Origin: Octopus vulgaris
Taxonomy: Eukaryota
NCBI GenBank assembly: GCA_951406725.2
Contig: OX597820.1
Coordinates: forward strand, 118,544,001 to 118,608,000
Direction: 5' to 3'
DNA length: 64,000 nucleotides
The translations under genes and the position numbers were made by a program. This document shows, piece by piece, positions 14,443 through 27,175 of this stretch; within the stretch, counting starts at the first letter, position 1, and every line of letters starts with the position of its first letter. The notes beneath the pieces are model-generated. The model worked only from the letters and a program-made list of their open reading frames with translations. It did no database searches and had not been told where the DNA came from.

Positions 14443-17400
14443 TTGCCTTGTAGACGCATTGATTTTACCGTTTCAGATCCTTTCAGACCAATTCAGATCC
14501 TTTCTCTTGCCTTGTAGACGCATTGAGACAGTTTAAGATCCTTTCTCTTCGTTGTAGACGCAGATCCTTTCTCTTCCTTGTAGGCGCAGATCCTTTCTCC
14601 TGCCTTGTAGACGCATTGAGACCGTTTCAGATCCTTTCTCTTCCTTGTAGACGCATTGAGACCGTTTCAGATCCTTTCTCTTCCTTTTAGACGCAGATCC
14701 TTTCTCTTGCCTTGTAGACGCATTGAGACCGTTTCAGATCCTTTCTCTTCCTTTTAGGCGCAGATCCTTTCTCTTGCCTTGTAGACGCATTGAGACCGTT
14801 TCAGATCCTTTCTCTTCCTTGTAGACGCATTGAGACCGTTTCAGATCCTTTCTCTTCCTTGTAGACGCATTGAGACCGTTTTAGATCCTTTCTCTTCCTT
14901 TTAGGCGCAGATCCTTTAACTTGCCTTGTAGACGCATTGAGACGTTTTAGATCCTTTGAGACCGTTTCAGATCCTTTCTCTTGCCTTGTAGACGCATTGA
15001 GACGTTTTAGATCCTTTCAGACCGTTTCAGATCCTTTCTCTTCCTTTTAGGCGCAGATCCTATCTCTTGCCTTGTAGACGCATTGAGACCGTTTCAGATC
15101 CTTTCTCTTCCTTGTAGACGCATTGAGACCGTTTCAGATCCTTTCTCTTCCTTGTAGACGCAGATCCTTTCTCTTGCCTTGTAGACGCATTGAGACGTTT
15201 TAGATCCTTTCAGACCGTTTCAGATCCTTTCTCTTCCTTGTAGACGCAGATCCTTTCTCTTGCCTTGTAGACGCATTGAGACGTTTTAAATCCTTTCAGA
15301 CCGTTTCAGATCCTTTCTCTTCCTTGTAGGCGCAGATCCTTTCTCTTGCCTTGTAGACGCATTGAGACGTTTTAGATCCTTTCAGACCGTTTCAGATCCT
15401 TTCAGACCTTGTAGACCGATTCAGATCCTTTCTCTTGCCTTGTAGACGCATTGAGACCGTTTAAGATCCTTTCAGACCGTTTCAGATCCTTTCTCTTCCT
15501 TGTAGGCGCAGATCCTTTCTCTTGCCTTGTAGACGCATTGAGACCTTTTCAGATCCTTTCTCTTCCTTGTAGACGCAGATCCTTTCTCTTGCCTTGTAGA
15601 CGCATTGAGACATTTTAGATCCTTTCAGATCGTTTCAGATCCTTTCTCTTCCTTGTAGACGCAGATCCTTTCTCTTGCCTTGTAGACGCATTGAGACCGT
15701 TTCAGATCCTTTCTCTTCCTTGTAGACGCAGATCCTTTCTCTTGCCTTGTAGACGCATTGAGACGTTTTAGATCCTTTCAGACCGTTTCAGATCCTTTCT
15801 CTTCCTTGTAGGCGCAGATCCCTTCTCTTCCTTGTAGACGCATTGAGACGTTTTAGATCCTTTCAGACCGTTTCAGATCCTTTCTCTTCCTTGTAGACGC
15901 AGATCCTTTCTCTTGCCTTGTAGACGCATTGAGACCGTTTTAGATCCTTTCTCTTCCTTTTAGGCGCAGATCCTTTCTCTTGCCTTGTAGACGCATTAAG
16001 ACCGTTTCAGATCCTTTCTCTTCCTTGTAGACGCAGATCCTTTCTCTTGCCTTGTAGACGCATTGAGACCGTTTCAGATCCTTTCTCTTCCTTTTAGGCG
16101 CAGATCCTTTCTCTTGCCTTGTAGACGCATTGAGACCGTTTCAGATCCTTTCTCTTCCTTTTAGGCGCAGATCCTTTCTCTTGCCTTGTAGACGCATTGA
16201 GACCGTTTCAGATTCTTTCAGACCGTTTCAGATCCTTTCTCTTCCTTGTAGACGCAGATCCTTTCTCTTGCCTTGTAGACGCATTGAGACGTTTTAAATC
16301 CTTTCAGACCGTTTCAGATCCTTTCTCTTCCTTGTAGGCGCAGATCCTTTCTCTTGCCTTGTAGACGCATTGAGACCGTTTCAGATCCTTTCTCTTCCTT
16401 GTAGACGCAGATCCTTTCTCTTGCCTTGTAGACGCATTGAGATATTTTAGATCCTTTCAGACCGTTTCAGATCCTTTCTCTTCCTTGTAGACGCAGATCC
16501 TTTCTCTTGCCTTGTAGACGCATTGAGACCGTTTCAGATCCTTTCTCTTCCTTTTAGGCGCAGATCCTTTCTCTTGCCTTGTAGACGCATTGAGACCGTT
16601 TCAGATTCTTTCAGACCGTTTCAGATCCTTTCTCTTCCTTGTAGGCGCAGATCCTTTCTCTTGCCTTGTAGACGCATTGAGACGTTTTAGATCCTTTCAG
16701 ACCGTTTCAGATCCTTTCTCTTGCCTTGTAGACGCAGATCCTTTCTCTTGCCTTGTAGACGCATTGAGACCGTTTCAGATCCTTTCTCTTCCTTGTAGAC
16801 GCAGATCCTTTCTCTTGCCTTGTAGACGCATTGAGACCGTTTCAGATCCTTTCTCTTCCTTTTAGGCGCAGATCCTTTCTCTTGCCTTGTAGACGCATTG
16901 AGACGTTTTAGATCCTTTGAGACCGTTTCAGATCCTTTCTCTTCCTTGTAGGCGCAGATCCCTTCTCTTCTTTGTAGACGCATTGAGACGTTTTAGATCC
17001 TTTCAGACCGTTTCAGATCCTTTCTCTTCCTTGTAGATGCAGATCCTTTCTCTTGCCTTGTAGACGCATTGAGACCGTTTCAGATACTTTCTCTTCCTTT
17101 TAGGCGCAGATCCTTTCTCTTGCCTTGTAGACGCATTAAGACCGTTTCAGATCCTTTCAGACCGTTTCAGATCCTTTCTCTTCCTTGTAGACGCAGATCC
17201 TTTCTCTTGCCTTGTAGACGCATTGAGACGTTTTAGATCCTTTCAGACCGTTTGAGATCCTTTCTCTTCCTTGTAGACGCAGATCCTTTCTCTTCCTTGT
17301 AGACGCAGATCCTTTCTCTTGCCTTGTAGACGCATTGAGACGTTTCAGATCCTTTCAGACCGTTTCAGATCCTTTCTCTTCCTTGTAGACGCAGATCCTT

Positions 17401-17850
17401 TCTCTTGCCTTGTAGACGCATTGAGACGTTTTAGATCCTTTCAGACCGTTTCAGATCCTTTCTCTTCCTTGTAGACGCAGATCCTTTCTCTTGCCTTGTA
17501 GACGCATTGAGACCGTTTCAGATCCTTTTAGACCGTTTCAGATCCTTTCTCTTCCTTGTAGACGCAGATCCTTTCTCTTGCCTTGTAGACGCATTGAGAC
17601 GTTTCAGATCCTTTCAGACCGTTTCAGATCCTTTCTCTTCCTTGTAGACGCAGATCCTTTCTCTTGCCTTGTAGACGCATTGAGACCGTTTCGGATCCTT
17701 TCAGACCGTTTCAGATCCTTTCTCTTCCTTGTAGATGCAGATCCTTTCTCTTGCCTTGTAGACGCATTGAGACCGTTTCAGATCGTTTCAGATCCTTTCA
17801 GACTGTTTCAGATCCTTTCTCTTCCTTGTAGATGCAGATCCTTTCTCTTC
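14443..17850. repeat. 3.4-kb modular minisatellite built from ~67- and ~86-bp composite units
   Basis: Modules ccttgtagacgca, ttgagaccgtttca, gatcctttctctt(g) and gatcctttcagaccgtttca reiterated throughout. Confidence 0.97.
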
Positions 17851-18718
17851 TTCCCCAAACCGGAATACATTAAAGTTTTATTGCTATGATGGGGGACGAA
17901 GCGTGTCATAAATTAGAAATGTGAATGGTGTTTTCGGAGATTGTGAGGGGCGCCAGTGAAAAGTTGTGTAAAGAACATTCGGGGTAAATAACTGGGCGTG
18001 AATAAAGGGCAAAGGATCAGATTTTGTCACAACTTGCATAAAAAATATCAAACTATATAGAGAAATATGAATAATATCTTAGATTATACATATAGTCGAA
18101 ATTATTTGTGACATATGGGTATATGTGTGGTTAGGGTTTCGTGCCTTGTGAGTGATGCATCTATAAAATGTTTGTCGATCAAAACCGATAGAGTTGGGCC
18201 ATTATGAGTATTTATTTCATTACAGAGTTTAAAAAAGTAGGTGGAACTATGATTATAAAGAGTTAACATAGCAAAAGAAAACATCAGATTGTACGACATA
18301 AGTCACATACCCGCAGTTGTGTAGCTTCTGTATCGAAACTCTCTTCGCTATTCCTCAAAGAACCACTCTAGTATTTGATTGGGACTTTGTTATTAACGCT
18401 AAAAGGATTAAATGCAAAGCCGATTTACCAGAATTTGATCACGGATTAGTAAGAACATGAATTAAATGTCCAACAAGGTACTGGTGATTCTTCCTAGATG
18501 CAACCGTAGATATGTTCGTTATTTACATTCTGAACGGGAGGACATCTCATTTCGTTGATACGCATATTCTACACAAACAAACTTGCTTTCTCTCATGTGA
18601 CAGAGTAATATTATGTTTTTGTAGATGTGTGTAGACGCAGTACGATTGGCGACACACTCGAATATTTACACAAAACACACGCACACACGCACACACACAA
18701 ATGATACACATGCGCATA

Positions 18719-19100
18719 TCTCTCTATATATAAACGGCAGTTTGTCTGTGCGTGTTTCTGTGTGTCTGTTTGCTTGTACCCTCACCCTGACCACGGCTTT
18801 CAACCGATTCTGATGAAACTTGACACACACATAGCCCAATGTCATAATTCAAAACTAACGCAGCGAAAATTTTGAAAAGTTCCCCCAGTTCGGAAAAAAA
18901 TCGATAAATTCGACATGGGGTCGAGAATCAGAAACACAAACCACAAACTGTCTAGGGGACGCAACTCCACCTTTTTTAACTAAAAAAAAATTTACCATAA
19001 TTTTTTCCCATTTTTTTGCTATTTTTTGGCTATAACTCTCTAAAAATGCTTTATAGTTATTTCCCTTACAAACCTGAGCAACGCCGGGCGATACTGCTAG
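18719..19100 (+). mobile_element. Non-autonomous Helitron (different 5' body, shared 3' end)
   Basis: A|TC start; 3' ~120 bp shared with 11549-11940; hairpin + CTAG|T. Confidence 0.88.
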
Positions 19101-19366
19101 TATATACCTAAAGATATAGAAGAGTGACTGTGACTGAGTCGCCAAATTATTCAATAAAATACCACTAAAACACAAGACAATATGGCAACATTCATGTTAT
19201 GTTATGAAATTAAATATTACATCAGTAAAATAATAAATATTCTATTTCTAAAATATTAGATATCTCGCCTCTCCTCACCCCCTCATACTCAACACTCACA
19301 CATGAAAACACAAATATAAGTAACGTGGAAATGCCCAAATATATATGCATATATATATATATATAT

Positions 19367-19411
<45 letters not shown>

Positions 19412-19445
19412 CATGCATATACATACATATATATACGTACGTATA

Positions 19446-19488
<43 letters not shown>

Positions 19489-20139
19489 GATTAACATACA
19501 TTTACATATATATATTTATGTCTGTGTGAGATTGTATGTGCTTGAGTGTGTGTGTTTATGTGTGTATGTATGTGTGTATCTTTGTATTTAGCTATAATAT
19601 CATGATAGCTTTATCATAGCAATTCCACATTTCATATCAGTTATCGAAGAAATTAATATAAAAATTGAAATTACACGAATTGTATCAGGTATCGTAATGA
19701 CAGAATTCTGATTAATATTAGAAAAATAAATAAATAAACAAATAAAGAAATGGTAAATTTCCTGAGGATTATTAAGTGCAAGTAATAAATCTCAGAATAC
19801 ATGATTTGATTTCCATCCAAATATTACGAAATATGTCCTTATTTTATTTTATTTTAATCAAGAAATGGAATTTCCAAAAATCGCAAGAATTTTTTATTTT
19901 CATATTTAGTGAAAGAGTTTAAACATTTTACTTAAATAAGTTATCACGGAGCTTCCAAATTGATGTTCGAGATTTGTGAGATAAAATGTTTTAAAACTGA
20001 AACTTTTGCAGCGTTCCTTCGACAGTCTTTTCAATTCAAAGAAAGAACAATTTCTCTGATAGTGCCAACAATCTACCTGCTTACTTCACAACCATCACAA
20101 ATTTTGTTAAACAGTTACAGCATTTTTCTTATATATTTC

Positions 20140-20395
20140 ATCAGTCGCCATGATAGATCGTTAGCCACTAGACACATTTTTTCTCTCCCTTTTTCTCTTC
20201 TTGTTCCTCTCCTTTTTTTCTCTCCTTGTTTCCCTCCTTGTTTTTTTTTTCTGTGTCCCTTTCTGTAGAAGAGCGTAGGCTCGAAACGTAAAAGACTTTT
20301 TCTATTCCTGAGCATTATACTAATACATCTGTTTGTTTTGTACACCACCTGTCTTCGCCTTTTGGGGTTTTTTTTTCGTAAACTCTCCCTATATT
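20140..20395 (+). mobile_element. Family C short element with an HHR-like motif (Penelope pLTR-like)
   Basis: Contains the motif at 20259-20294; homologous degenerate copy on the minus strand at ~54297-54515. Confidence 0.6.
20259..20294 (+). ncRNA. Minimal type I hammerhead-like motif with variant core (CUGUAGA)
   Basis: CTTT-CTGTAGA-A-GAGC-GTAG-GCTC-GAAA-CGT-A|AAAG: stems I and II pair, stem III is palindromic ACGT, A6 is replaced by U. Confidence 0.55.
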
Positions 20396-20828
20396 TCATC
20401 TTATCTCGTTAACTGGTCGAATATGTTTATCAGCATCTTGTACTATGAATAACCTTTGGATGTTGGTCATATTTGATTCACGTCCAGCCAGTAGAATAAT
20501 CCTGTTGAACACCAGGCGGAAGTTCAACCGTATCCACATTGCTATCGCTTTGTATCGTTTATCTTTTACCCTTTATCCATTACATGTTTTAGTCAATAGA
20601 ATGCGACCATGTAGGGGAACCACTATGGAAGTAACATTGTTTCAAGTTTGGTACTTATTCTTTTGGTCTCGTTTGCCGAACCGCTACATTACACCGCTCT
20701 AAAAGCCACTCACCTGATGATGTGCGAGTACACAACTGCTGGATCCATATGTCATATTCAAATAATATAAGGAAAACTCAGCAACAGTAACAATTGTTGT
20801 GACTAAAGCTAGTTAATTTCATTTTGAT

Positions 20829-21066
<238 letters not shown>

Positions 21067-21070
<4 letters not shown>

Positions 21071-21294
21071 GCCAACCAAGTGTGGCATCCTATACGGGAG
21101 AGTGCTACTGCTGATTTTAGCCCCAGGAAGACATCTCTTCCAGCTGGCTAATGACACACATTCTGTGTCTGATTATTATTTGTGAGGGGAGGTCATCGGT
21201 CCCACTCCTAGCCTTACGTGATACACACGGATTCGAGTTTCTGGGTGGTTACGCCTGTAGCACTGTCCCGTGTAGGACGCCACACTTCGTTTGC

Positions 21295-21298
<4 letters not shown>
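21067..21298 (-). mobile_element. Family A-related element truncated inside its HHR, with a 42-bp terminal inversion, embedded in (TA)n
   Basis: aattgccaaccaagtgtggcatcctatacgggagagtgctac is the inverse of gtagcactgtcccgtgtaggacgccacacttcgtttgcaatt; minus strand has GAAACTCGAATC followed by a segment similar to 62805-62860. Confidence 0.7.
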
Positions 21299-21333
<35 letters not shown>

Positions 21334-21634
21334 AACACAACGAGTTTCTTCATAGTTTCCGATTACCAAATTCACTTGACTTGCAAGGTATCATTTGGAT
21401 CGGGTCTATAGAAGGACTGAACCCCAAATCACGTAACTGGAGATGGAGAGAGAGAGAGAACTTCTTAAGCATAATGCGATGAACCTTCACCCCCGATGAA
21501 GCAGCATTTAAATTTTAGTAAAAAGGGCTAAATAAAACATTGTGGACTTAAGACTAACAATACTTACTAAGCCATCGGTTTTTTCCGTTTGTTTGATCTT
21601 GGTTTTTTCTGTCCACAAAGATGTTATGTCCCCA

Positions 21635-21850
21635 GAAGCTTTATTACGTCGACGAGTGTCGCAACTTGTCTGGTCAGCAGAACAATCTGCTCATGAAATT
21701 AACTTACAAATGCCTGAGTACTCCACAGACGCATGTTTGACAGTTGAGTGAACTGAAGCAGTGTGAAGTAAAGTGTCTTGCTCAAGGACATTATGCACCA
21801 CCTGGTGCCCAACTTACGGTCTCAGGATCTTCAGCCCTAATCACTTAACC
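21635..21850 (-). mobile_element. Old SINE combining the family 3 central domain with a family 4-type 3' part
   Basis: Minus strand: ccttgagcaagacactttacttcac...cagttcactcaactg then gtctgtggagtactcaggc...ttaatttcatgagcag. Confidence 0.55.
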
Positions 21851-22046
21851 ATCTAATTCAAAAGTATACACAGCCGTAGGAGTGGCTGTGTGGTAAGTAG
21901 GTTGCTTACCAACCATATGGTCCTGTGTTCAGTCCTAATGCATGGCACCTTGGGCAGCTGTCTTCTACTATAGCCTCGGGCCGACCAAAGCCTTATGAGT
22001 GGGTTTGGTAAAAGAAAACTGGTAGAGGCACATCATATATGTATAT

Positions 22047-22153
<107 letters not shown>

Positions 22154-22255
22154 GGAGTAAACACATAAATGTGAAACAAGGTGGAAAAAAGAGTACTCAA
22201 ATACCAGTGGTAGAGTAATATGCTTTATTTTAAGCAGCAGAAAATTCAACAAAAT

Positions 22256-22293
22256 CTGTTACTCTGAGTTTCTCGTTGCCGTTCATCAGACAG
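22256..22293 (-). ncRNA. Minimal type I hammerhead ribozyme motif
   Basis: CTGT-CTGATGA-ACG-GCAA-CGA-GAAA-CTC-A-GAG-TA|ACAG; canonical core; stem I extends (aaaa/tttt); stem II has an A.A closing mismatch. Confidence 0.75.
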
Positions 22294-22316
22294 TTTTTGC
22301 TAGAATCTAGCAAAAA

Positions 22317-22355
22317 CTGTCTGATGAACGGCAACGAGAAACTCAGAGTAAACAG
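22317..22355 (+). ncRNA. Minimal type I hammerhead motif (inverted copy, one extra A at the cleavage site)
   Basis: ctgt ctgatga acggcaacga gaaa ctcagagta a acag. Confidence 0.65.
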
Positions 22356-22387
22356 ATTTTGTTGAATTTTCTGCTGCTTAAAATAAA

Positions 22388-22475
<88 letters not shown>

Positions 22476-23142
22476 TTGTGTTTCTGTGTTTGTCTTCCCA
22501 ACAGCACTTAACAACCGATGAATGTGTGTTTACTCAGCGGTTCGGCAAAAGAAACCGCTAGAATAAGTACTAGGCTTACAAAGAATAAGCTGCGAGTTCG
22601 ACTTGCTCGACTAAAGACGTTACTCCAGCATGGCCGCAGTCAAATGACTAAAACAAGTAAGAGTGCAAAAGAGTATATACTTTGGTGTACAACATCAAAT
22701 TTAATCTCATCCAATTGAAATACACGGAGTACCATCTTGGCACAACGCAATATTTTAAGGATTTCAAGTATATTGGCCATAGAGAACTGCGGATAAGCTG
22801 TGCTTTTGCGGACTATCTGGTAAAACTCGGCATAGAAACGTTTTTAGACTGCTTACGATCAGCTAAAGTATAATTCGTAGCCTGAGTGAAAGATTGAGCA
22901 CCATTCGCATAGACACTCCTGATAGAGACGGAGAGACAAAGAAGGCCAGAGAGGGAGACAGAGAGAGAGAGAAATCTGGAAGGCTGCTAAATCAAGATGT
23001 TTCTGTGCATATATATAAATCTATGCCTATCTGTCTGTCAGTTTGTCTGGCTGTCTATCTGTCTATCTCTCTGTCTGCCTGTCTTTCTTTCTGTCTGTCT
23101 GTATGTCTGTCCATCTATCTATGTGTCTGTCTATGCTTGTAT

Positions 23143-23181
<39 letters not shown>

Positions 23182-23182
23182 C

Positions 23183-23239
23183 GGTGGTGCCCCAGCATGT
23201 CCGCAGCCTTCGGGCTGAAATATTTCTAAGGATTTAAGG

Positions 23240-23240
<1 letters not shown>
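23183..23240 (+). mobile_element. Isolated SINE/LINE 3' tail in (TA)n
   Basis: ggtgccccagcatgtccgcagccttcgggctgaaa...(taagga)x2, homologous to the family 1 tail. Confidence 0.6.
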
Positions 23241-23273
<33 letters not shown>

Positions 23274-23311
23274 GTATGTATATATGCATATATATACATA
23301 CCTACCCCCCC

Positions 23312-23352
<41 letters not shown>

Positions 23353-23504
23353 TATATATTCATACATATATACATATTCTGTCATTTCTCGAATGCAATG
23401 TAACGCAGTCAGAAACGGAATGATTCAGAAACAATTGTACCCGATATTGAATTTGTACTAAATTCAATATCAATTTTTCTCTTTCACACACAAACACAGA
23501 TACT

Positions 23505-23571
<67 letters not shown>

Positions 23572-24988
23572 ACACACACACACACGCACATAGATATAGC
23601 CAATTCAAAAAATCACAGAGAAAAAGAAAAAAAAACAAACGTTTCGACGTGGCATAAGCAATGTATTAATAAGATGCTCAGAGAAGGAAAAAGAGTAGTA
23701 GTTTTACGCTTCGAGCATGTATGAGATAAAATCAAACTTATTTCTTTTGTGAAAATTGTTCGGTCATTGTTTTCTTATTCATTTTCTATCGTCTTAATTT
23801 CTTTGAACGAAATATATGATAGAGTTGTAGAATAGAATTTGAAGCATGCCTCCTTTTGTGTTACTTCTTTCAACTCTCATAAGAATTGGTATATTTATAT
23901 GTAAAAAGACCGAATGAATAAGATATTGAATTCTCAGCTAATTTTCTGTTCCCACCGGCTTCAGCGCTCCATATGGCCATTTCTTTGATTTCGAGAAGTT
24001 TACGAAAATACGTCGCGGATGTTGTAACTTTTTAACTAAAATCTCTGAAGCTGGAAATAAAATGCGTGTAATCCCGCAATTTGGTTATTTTCCTAATTTG
24101 ATACCAGCTTGTAAGTGTATTTAAAATCTAGACAATTCTAATCTTAAAACTATAATTAATTATCCTTTAAGTAAATTAGTTTAAAGTATTAGACGTAGGT
24201 TCCAGCAGTAAATAATCGTGAATATTGTTTACGTTAAATTCAGTTGTTTATTTAATGAAAAACAGAAATGGAGACCGAGTTTTCTTAACAAAAATTTTTT
24301 AAAATGTAACCCACAAAAATTAAATAAAATTCAAAATAATGAGCACTCAAAAGTCTATGACAAAGAAAACGTGAATTGGAAAGAAACAAAACAAAATAAA
24401 ACTAAACAAAGTATTTAAAACTTTATTTTCGTGAAAAAATGTAAAAACAAACTAACTACAATAACGACCATAACAACAACATCACAATTAATATCCAACT
24501 TCGCATCATTGAGAAATAATTACAGCAAGCACAGCAATTTTTCTACTTCTCTTTCTTCATCTTCTTCTTCTTCTTCTTCTCTGCCTCTTTACTCTGCTTC
24601 CTCTCTGTTATCATTGCAGCGATGGTCGTTTTAGTAGAAAGACTAGCAGCGATTATTACTGCTTTGTTGCCGCTGTTATATTACTGTACCAAAGTTAATG
24701 CTGTTCGTTGTTGTTGTTGTTGTTGTTGCGTGGGAATAGTTGTTTTTGGTACGTTTTCTTGAAGACGGAGACATTACGTCGCATTTTTCTTTCTCTTTAT
24801 ACGTTGTACACCACACACACGCACACACACATACACACACACACACACACACACGCACGTGCGCCCGCTAAGGCACATACATGTGGGAGTAGGCATGTAT
24901 ATGTGTGCATGCAGCTGTATATATATATGTGTGTGAATATATTATATAAGTACGTGCGTTGTGTATGCAAACATACTTTATGTACATG

Positions 24989-25057
<69 letters not shown>

Positions 25058-25870
25058 CCAAGCTATAAAATTTAAGCTGTAAAATACTATTGGTTGATAA
25101 TAAATCCGATCAAACAATAATAATAATAATAATAATAATGAAGGGGAAGAAGAAGAAGAAGAAGAAGAAGAAGAAGAAGAAGAAGAAGAAGAAGAAGAAG
25201 AAGATAATGGATTACTCAAATAAAATAAGATAAAAATAAATGAAGAGAACTCGGCAGATAATAATTGGAACTACACAAATATATCACATACAAAAAATGG
25301 TAATAAAAAGGTGAAACGATGAAATATAAATAATACATAAAAAAAGAATATAATATTCCAAACACGTAAAGATTGTATTGTAATTTATTTATTTACGTAT
25401 TGATTTAGTTATTTTTCTATCATTTCTGTTGTTAATTCCATTGCAGTTCGCATGCAAGAGTTTAATAAACACGAGTGATTTTGTTTTCCATTTTATGGGC
25501 ATCATAATCGTAAAAGGAAATACGAAACTAACCAGTATTAAGATAGAGAATCTGTGAACAGCTCCGATTTCATGGCAAATCCGTCTATAGACGGCTACTA
25601 TCATAACCAGTTGTTGCTTTTACAGCTTATCACGCAAAGAATCAGCAAAACACAAAAGAAAATTCTGCTGTAAAGTAATAAAGAAGGATACAAACAAATT
25701 AGAAAGAGAAATACGCATCGTTATCATATCTAATCCGAAATTTCGAATTCAATGGTTGAGTCTTGCCTTTCGATTACAACCATGTTTTCTTGCTCAAAAA
25801 TTGTCTGCCTGACATGATGTGTGCTGTGTGCTGTGTGCCCTTTTTTCTCCATATCTTTCCTAGAATTAAT

Positions 25871-26648
25871 ACCTATTTCTTTACTACCCACAAGGGGCTA
25901 AACACAGAGAGGACAAACAAGGACAGACAAACGGATAAAGTCGATTACATTGACCCCAGTGCGTAAACCCGAAAAGGATGAAAGGCAAAGTAGACCACGG
26001 TGGAATTTGAACTCAAAATGTAGCGACGGGCGCAATACCTATTTCTATTTATTCACTACCCACAAGGGGTTAAACACAGAGAGGACAAACAAGCACAGAC
26101 AAAGGGATTAAGTCGATTATATCGACCCCAGTGCGTAACTGGTACTTATTTAATCGACCCCGAAAGGATGAAAGGCAAAGTCGACCTCAGCTGAACTTGA
26201 ACTCAGAACGTAGCGGCAGACGGAATACCTAGTTCTTTACTACCCGCAAGGGACTAAACACAGAGAGGACAAACGAGGACAGAAAAAGGGATTAAGTCGA
26301 TTATATCGACCCCAGTGCGTAACTGGTACTTATTTAATCGACCCCGAAAGGATGAAAGGCAAAGTCGACTTCGGCGGAATTTGAACTCAGAACGTAACGC
26401 CAGACGAAATACCTATTTCTTTACTACCCGCAAGGGGCTAAACACAGAGAGGGGACAAACAAGGACAGACAAAGGGATTAAGTCGATTATATCGACCTCC
26501 AGTGCGTAACTGGTACTTATTTAATCGACCCCGAAAGGATGAAAGGCAAAGTCGACTTCGGCGGAATTTGAACTCAAAACGTAGCGGCAGACGAAATACC
26601 GCTAAGCATTTCGCCCGACGTGCTAACGTTTCTGCCAGCTCGCCGCCC
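25871..26648 (-). mobile_element. Tetrameric family 2 SINE bounded by one TSD
   Basis: One complete head plus three headless units; TSD cctagaattaat(a/g)cc at 25859-25873 and 26651-26665. Confidence 0.9.
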
Positions 26649-26664
26649 TACCTAGAATTAATGC

Positions 26665-26698
<34 letters not shown>

Positions 26699-26719
26699 TA
26701 CTCACACACATATATAGTA

Positions 26720-27175
26720 GCGGCTCTCTCGTATACGAGGAAAACCATTGCTAGAAAGAATCACAGAAATGAGTCCTTGATGATGCCATGTGAGGGCCTT
26801 GCTTGACTCTTGAGCCGAGCGAAAGATTTACCCAATTTATTGCATAATGTACAGCTGTACTGGCTGGCGGAAGACACAGGTGCCAAAGGATGAACTCTTT
26901 TGTCATACCTTTTCAATCCTCCAACAGTAAAGCACACCTTTCCACAGGTTGCACATGCCCCGCTGTGAACAACAGCCATATTACAATTTACCATGGGTTG
27001 ATTCCTCTGAGTTCTCTGATGGCTGACCAGGCCTGCGCCACCCAACCATTTTCCCCCACAAATCGCACACATAAAAAGCAACACTCATTCATTTCCCACA
27101 GATTCATTCTTTCTAAGCTTTCTCTTAATCTTCTTGTGCTTCATTTTCTTTCAAACTTCCAACAACTGCTAATAT
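26720..27175 (-). pseudogene. 3' end of an RTE-type LINE with three C2H2-like zinc fingers
   Basis: FMCAICGGKWLGGAGLVSHQRT, CATCGKVCFTVGGLKRYDKRVH, YSCTLCNKLGKSFARLKSQ preceded by a charged FERK-type helix; frame broken. Confidence 0.6.

Noticed and set aside
14443-17850. CRISPR-like or repeat-protein interpretation of the satellite
   Set aside because: No unique spacers, no cas genes, eukaryotic context; unit lengths are not multiples of 3 and stops are frequent
20712-20740. cctgatgatgtgcgagtacacaac as an HHR
   Set aside because: Possible stem II, but GAAA, stem III and stem I are missing; at most a relic
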